Of a stretch of DNA of 64,000 bases, positions 59,694 to 64,000 are shown in pieces. Numbering within the stretch: the stretch's first letter is position 1; each line of letters begins with the position of its first letter. A model generated the notes under the pieces. That model was given only the letters and a program-made list of their open reading frames with translations. It was not told where the DNA came from and ran no database searches. Origin of the DNA: a virus (Duplodnaviria; Caudoviricetes); IMG/VR virus record IMGVR_UViG_3300028886_000035, positions 32,001 to 96,000 of that record, one strand, 5' to 3'. Made by a program: the position numbers and the translations under genes.

Positions 59694-59936
59694 TCAACGA
59701 ACGTCTGCTACACTAGCAACCTTCTGATTATCTGTAAGAATATCTTTTTCTTTAAGGAAGTCATAAAGTGATTCCATTGTGATATTATCACCATTTAAAG
59801 CAAAATAATTAATAGCATCATTTACCATTTCATCTGTTGGGTCAACACCCATCATCTGTAGCATTTCCTTTACAGAAGTGTTATCATTTACCATAGCACA
59901 AATACTGCGACCATGAATTAAATTCATATCATTCAT
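59694..59936 (-). CDS. Small protein with an EF-hand-like segment
   Basis: MLQMMGVDPTDEMVNDAINYFALNGDNITMESLYDFL; ends QKVASVADVR. Confidence 0.55.
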   Translation of the reverse strand: MNDMNLIHGRSICAMVNDNTSVKEMLQMMGVDPTDEMVNDAINYFALNGDNITMESLYDFLKEKDILTDNQKVASVADVR

Positions 59937-59953
59937 TTATAATTCACCATTCC

Positions 59954-61969
59954 TTATTTCTTTAAATAAATATGGTCATTCCCGACTGCATATTCTTGAC
60001 CACAATGTTTACAAACAACACCAGTTAAACTAGCAACCTTTTGTATACCTTGTAATGATTTTTTAGCATTGCAAATTGGACATTGTTGATTTACAAATTT
60101 ATCTACATCATCAGGACTATCCAATGTAACAATTACAGGCATATCTGTTGGTTCTTCTTCAACCACTACTGCTTTTTCATCATCAGGAAGTTCTTCAACA
60201 ACTTCTTCAACAGGTGCATCAGTTTCAATTTCCACTTCATCTGTTGGAGTTTCGTCATCTACTTTAATGACTTCATCTTCTACTTCAGGAGTATCAATTT
60301 CTTCTTCTCCTGCTCCTTGTGGGTCTTGTTCAACCATATCCACAAGTTCATCATGCGAAGGAACATCGTTTAAAGCTTCATCAACAACGTCCATTTCCTT
60401 ATCAATATCATCTAAGAAATATTCATTTAATTTAGCTCTATCAGACATTTTAGAAAGGTCTAATTCATGTTCTCTATCAATTACTTTTTGAGTAGCTTTT
60501 TCAGATTCATTAAAATGTTTTACTTCTTCATCTTGACTATTTAAATCATAAGCATCATTTTCAGGAGAAGTATATGCGTGTTGTGCTTCTGTATATGCTT
60601 TTCTCTTTTTCTTACCAAAGATTCCACCAAACTGCTCTGCATTATTTAAATCACGGCTATCTGCATCATTTGACGGTGGTTCGGATGGCATTATACGCAT
60701 ATTAGACATATCATCACCTGCAACAGATTCATCATATCCAGGTAAATCTGTCATATTTATTCCACCTTCAGGAATATCTGCAATCAAACGATGTTTGCAT
60801 TTTACATCTTTCTTAGAATTCCTAGAATCAAATGTTCCATTTTCTCCCTGTGATTGTTGTTGCGCCCAATCAAAAGCATTGCCAATAGCATCTCCAACTG
60901 CTCCAACTCCATCAGAAATTGCATTACCAATATCTTGGAAACCTGTTGAACCAGTATCTCCTGACCAATCATCAGCTTTTTTATCCATAGCAGAAATTTT
61001 CTTTTCCAATTTCTTAACTTTTGCTAAGAGACGATTATAACTAGCTTTAGATACAAAATTATCTGTATCAAAAGGAACTTCTTCAGGAGCAACGTCTCCA
61101 TCATTAGCATTATGTTGATACTTATCCGTTCCTGCTTCCTCAATTGTTTCATGTGGTTCACCTGAAATATCATCAATTCCTTCATGTGGTTCGCCTGAAA
61201 CATCTTCTATACCTTCGTTAATAGAAGCAGTAGTAGATTGTTCTTGTTGATTTTCTCCACTATTTGTAGTATCTGTAGAGGTATTTTCTTGTCCTTCTTC
61301 AGTAGCTTGTGGCTGACCATCTTCTAAATCTGCTACTTTAGCTAACTCATTTTCAAATTCTACATCATTAGAACCTGCATTATTTTGATATTTATCTGTG
61401 CCTGCTTCTTCAATTCCTGTATGTGGTCTACCAACAATATCCTGTATACCTTCATGTGGTTCGCCTGAAATATCTTCTACACCTTTATTAATTGAATCAC
61501 TAACATCTTGTATCTGGTCAGTTGGAACACCAAATCCACCAATTTCGCTTTCCATACCGTCATTATCAGTAGGCATATCTTCATTTTCAGCAGTTTTATC
61601 CAAATCAAAATAATTTGATTTACTTGCTTCAACATCACCACTACCATCATCTTCTGTAATAGTTTGTGAATCTGTTGAATCGTTACCATCGTCTGCTAAT
61701 TTTGTTTTACTAGCCACAACGGAATCTTTATTTAATTCATCATTAACCTGCTCAATAGATTTAACGCCATCCATTGACATAACTTCATTAGCTTGGTCAT
61801 TATATAAAACTGCACCATCATCTGTAAGATTTACATAATATGTTTCATTCTTCCATGTAACTGTTGGAAGATTTTTAACATTTTTTGTGGCAACTTTTTT
61901 GTTTTGAATCTTATTAACAAAACTGTCCAACCAAGAAGGAAGTGTACCACTATTTTTTTCAATCCTCAA
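59954..61969 (-). CDS. Large acidic internal head/scaffold-like protein with internal repeats and a C-terminal zinc ribbon
   Basis: Duplicated block EGIEDVSGEPH...EEAGTDKYQ; CPIC...CKHCG; many K/R-x-x-A motifs. Confidence 0.6.
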   Translation of the reverse strand: MRIEKNSGTLPSWLDSFVNKIQNKKVATKNVKNLPTVTWKNETYYVNLTDDGAVLYNDQANEVMSMDGVKSIEQVNDELNKDSVVASKTKLADDGNDSTDSQTITEDDGSGDVEASKSNYFDLDKTAENEDMPTDNDGMESEIGGFGVPTDQIQDVSDSINKGVEDISGEPHEGIQDIVGRPHTGIEEAGTDKYQNNAGSNDVEFENELAKVADLEDGQPQATEEGQENTSTDTTNSGENQQEQSTTASINEGIEDVSGEPHEGIDDISGEPHETIEEAGTDKYQHNANDGDVAPEEVPFDTDNFVSKASYNRLLAKVKKLEKKISAMDKKADDWSGDTGSTGFQDIGNAISDGVGAVGDAIGNAFDWAQQQSQGENGTFDSRNSKKDVKCKHRLIADIPEGGINMTDLPGYDESVAGDDMSNMRIMPSEPPSNDADSRDLNNAEQFGGIFGKKKRKAYTEAQHAYTSPENDAYDLNSQDEEVKHFNESEKATQKVIDREHELDLSKMSDRAKLNEYFLDDIDKEMDVVDEALNDVPSHDELVDMVEQDPQGAGEEEIDTPEVEDEVIKVDDETPTDEVEIETDAPVEEVVEELPDDEKAVVVEEEPTDMPVIVTLDSPDDVDKFVNQQCPICNAKKSLQGIQKVASLTGVVCKHCGQEYAVGNDHIYLKK

Positions 61970-62078
61970 TTTACATTCACAACCTTTTATTATAAAATTA
62001 TCAGTATATTTACAGTATTATTTTATTATTTTTTCTTAATTACCTAAAAAAGAAATAGATTAATTTTTTTAAATTATA

Positions 62079-62267
62079 TTATTTTTCGCTTAACAATCTC
62101 CATTCATTATTATCTATTGGTTCTTCAAATTTATATTCAGGAGTATATTTACTATTTTCTATTTCTTCATTATTAAGTATCATATCTTCATAAGTATTAT
62201 TTTCTAGCCCTATTTGCATAGGAATTTCTCTATGAGTAATTGGTTTTGATATTAGTCTTTTTTTCAT
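62079..62267 (-). CDS. Small protein with N-terminal KRL motif
   Basis: MKKRLISK; GGGTG RBS. Confidence 0.6.
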   Translation of the reverse strand: MKKRLISKPITHREIPMQIGLENNTYEDMILNNEEIENSKYTPEYKFEEPIDNNEWRLLSEK

Positions 62268-62273
62268 TAAATA

Positions 62274-62636
62274 TCACCCATTTATAAATTCAGAATCTCC
62301 CAGTGATAATGGTTTCATTTTTAATGTCATATCTTGTGATTTTTCTTTTAATAAGTCTATTTTACTAAGTACCAATTGTTTTTCCCTTGCAAAGTCTTCT
62401 GCATAATTAACGCCTTTTAATGCAATCGCCAATTCACAAAAAAATTCAAATGATTCTTCAAATGATGTTCCATCATATAAAGAAGATGTATCATATGTAT
62501 CTATTGCAACAATAGAATACATTGGCTTATTATTTAAAAGACGAACGGAATACTGATAATATATTCCTCCTTCAGTCATAAAACCATTTAATTCCATTAT
62601 TGGTTTAGAATACATATTTTTTGCTAAACGTTTCAT
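62274..62636 (-). CDS. Small protein with N-terminal KRLAK motif
   Basis: MKRLAK; abuts the rSAM stop. Confidence 0.65.
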   Translation of the reverse strand: MKRLAKNMYSKPIMELNGFMTEGGIYYQYSVRLLNNKPMYSIVAIDTYDTSSLYDGTSFEESFEFFCELAIALKGVNYAEDFAREKQLVLSKIDLLKEKSQDMTLKMKPLSLGDSEFING

Positions 62637-63614
62637 TTATTTCCATTCATCCCCCATCTGAAATAGCCCATGCACATGATAACAAGTTCCATTGTTCGAT
62701 TGATGTTGTAAATTACATACTATGTTATGTTTTTGTTCTTTCTTTAAATCAAAATCTTTATCAAATATTGATTTTTTCGTAGTAATCGCTTGTTCACAAG
62801 AACATGATGTTAATCTACCGTCTAATTCAATATAACAATAATTTTGGAAAATTGGACATTTTTCACCACAATATTCATTGTGTTGTAAAAAACTTAATCT
62901 TTCCCCTTTTATATTATCTATCAAAAACTTAGATAGTTCTTTATCAAAATATAAACAGGAAGCTACATTTTTAACTGTTTCTTCTGCATTATAATCTCTA
63001 CGAACATAAGATATAACTAGATTATTGCCATACTTTTTATGTATTTTATAATATAAATGTTCTATTAACTGTTTATAATCTTTTGTTTTTTGTTTGTCTA
63101 ACAAAAGATTAAATTCCAATTCAACAAATTTATAAGAATTAGCCATTCTAACTAATCTATCAATATGTTCAATATACTTTCTTGGATTACGTAAAAATGT
63201 TTCATAATGTGCAGAACAACATATTAATATTGGCATATGTAATGTAGCAATTTCACAACATTCTTTAAAAAACTTTTCATCATTTCCATTTGTCATAATA
63301 TTAACTAAACATTTTGGTTTTAAATAATCTAATGCGAAAAACAAGTCTTTATAACATGAAGGTTCTCCACCTATAAATGTTAATTGTTGTAATCCATGAA
63401 TTTGGTTTTTTATAAAATCACAAACTTTTTTTGTTTCCTCATGTGTCATATTTCTATAATATTCTTTATAAGTATGACGATTCAAACAGTAAGAGCATCT
63501 TTCATTACACACATTGCCAAAATACCATTCTACTTGATATTTTTTATACCTAGAATGATAAACAACATTATAACTTTTAAAATGAATTTTTTTTATTTTT
63601 CTATAACGTTTCAT
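62637..63614 (-). CDS. Radical SAM protein
   Basis: CNERCSYC, IGGEP, MTNG, C-terminal twitch-like cysteines. Confidence 0.85.
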   Translation of the reverse strand: MKRYRKIKKIHFKSYNVVYHSRYKKYQVEWYFGNVCNERCSYCLNRHTYKEYYRNMTHEETKKVCDFIKNQIHGLQQLTFIGGEPSCYKDLFFALDYLKPKCLVNIMTNGNDEKFFKECCEIATLHMPILICCSAHYETFLRNPRKYIEHIDRLVRMANSYKFVELEFNLLLDKQKTKDYKQLIEHLYYKIHKKYGNNLVISYVRRDYNAEETVKNVASCLYFDKELSKFLIDNIKGERLSFLQHNEYCGEKCPIFQNYCYIELDGRLTSCSCEQAITTKKSIFDKDFDLKKEQKHNIVCNLQHQSNNGTCYHVHGLFQMGDEWK

Positions 63615-63615
63615 T

Positions 63616-63879
63616 TTATCTTCCTATCCAACGCAAAGAAGAAGCCCACGGACCAGGAATACCAGGACGTGGGCTTGTATCTCTTTGGTCATTATCATAA
63701 TCAACCAAATTGGTAGGATTTATAAGAAACGTCTTAGCATCATTATTTGTATGTTCTTTTAACTCATAATTTTTATGTCCTTTGTCATAAAAATCTTTTT
63801 CATTATCTTCTATAATACGGCGATATTCTTTTTCAAGTTCGTCCATATCCAATTCAGATAATTTGACTAAACGTTTCAT
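63616..63879 (-). CDS. Small protein with N-terminal KRL motif
   Basis: MKRLVK; AGGGG RBS. Confidence 0.65.
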   Translation of the reverse strand: MKRLVKLSELDMDELEKEYRRIIEDNEKDFYDKGHKNYELKEHTNNDAKTFLINPTNLVDYDNDQRDTSPRPGIPGPWASSLRWIGR

Positions 63880-63901
63880 AACAAAACCCCTTATTTAATT
63901 T

Positions 63902-64000
63902 TTAATAACGATTTAATTTTTTATTAAATTCATCTAATTGTTCAAAATTATCCACTTGATTTAATTCCTTCTGTAACAAATCGACTCTAGTTTTGGAAAT
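63902..64000 (-). CDS. 3' end of a CDS entering from beyond the window
   Basis: ISKTRVDLLQKELNQVDNFEQLDEFNKKLNRY*. Confidence 0.5.
   Translation of the reverse strand: MSKTRVDLLQKELNQVDNFEQLDEFNKKLNRY

Noticed and set aside
1485-62060. Late-promoter motif (T-rich tract followed by TAGA) before several structural genes
   Set aside because: Too degenerate to distinguish from background at this AT content without a motif-enrichment test
736-63716. Short plus-strand and alternate-frame ORFs in the track (e.g. 30028, 30901, 39834, 46116, 46421, 46801, 54294)
   Set aside because: They overlap well-supported minus-strand genes and read as antisense or frame shadows
1-64000. Alternative genetic code (stop-codon recoding seen in some gut jumbo phages)
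   Set aside because: Long genes are intact and tightly packed in the standard code, and TAA, TAG and TGA all occur as ends of credible genes
1-64000. CRISPR array, tRNA or rRNA genes
   Set aside because: No regularly spaced direct repeats or cloverleaf/T-loop signatures were seen in the intergenic gaps

Overview
AT-rich segment of a large tailed (jumbo-type) bacteriophage, probably infecting a Firmicute (GGAGG/GGTGA ribosome-binding sites, sigma-A-type promoters, standard genetic code). Almost all genes are on the minus strand. The head module is recognisable by recall as Bacillus/Lysinibacillus phage G-like: portal (54182-55924), MuF-like minor head protein, prohead protease (51572-52471), decoration protein plus HK97-fold major capsid protein (46005-47386) and head-tail connector. 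Interleaved with it is a large modification arsenal. There are nine radical SAM genes. Four are SPASM-type and form two pairs, each upstream of a large protein with a Cys-rich C-terminal tail (CxCNCNYC type at 17753-19138; CQx-repeat type at 32787-33680). This looks like a RiPP-style maturation system acting on big, possibly virion, proteins and is the best candidate for an undescribed system. A dispersed glycan toolkit includes GT2, GT4, GT8, three paralogous divergent EX7E proteins, a carbamoyltransferase, a nucleotide-sugar dehydrogenase, a DegT aminotransferase and kinases. Also present: candidate nucleotide-signalling counter-defence enzymes (degenerate HD-GYP, NDT-Nudix, SLOG, RlaP-type nucleotidyltransferase), a recurrent KRL/RLAK/KKVA terminal motif on many unrelated proteins, a decaying tandem paralog array, a deletion chimera, and several structured intergenic regions, two with their own promoter (candidate ncRNAs). 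No tRNA, rRNA or CRISPR array was seen. All family assignments come from motif recognition; no database search was run.
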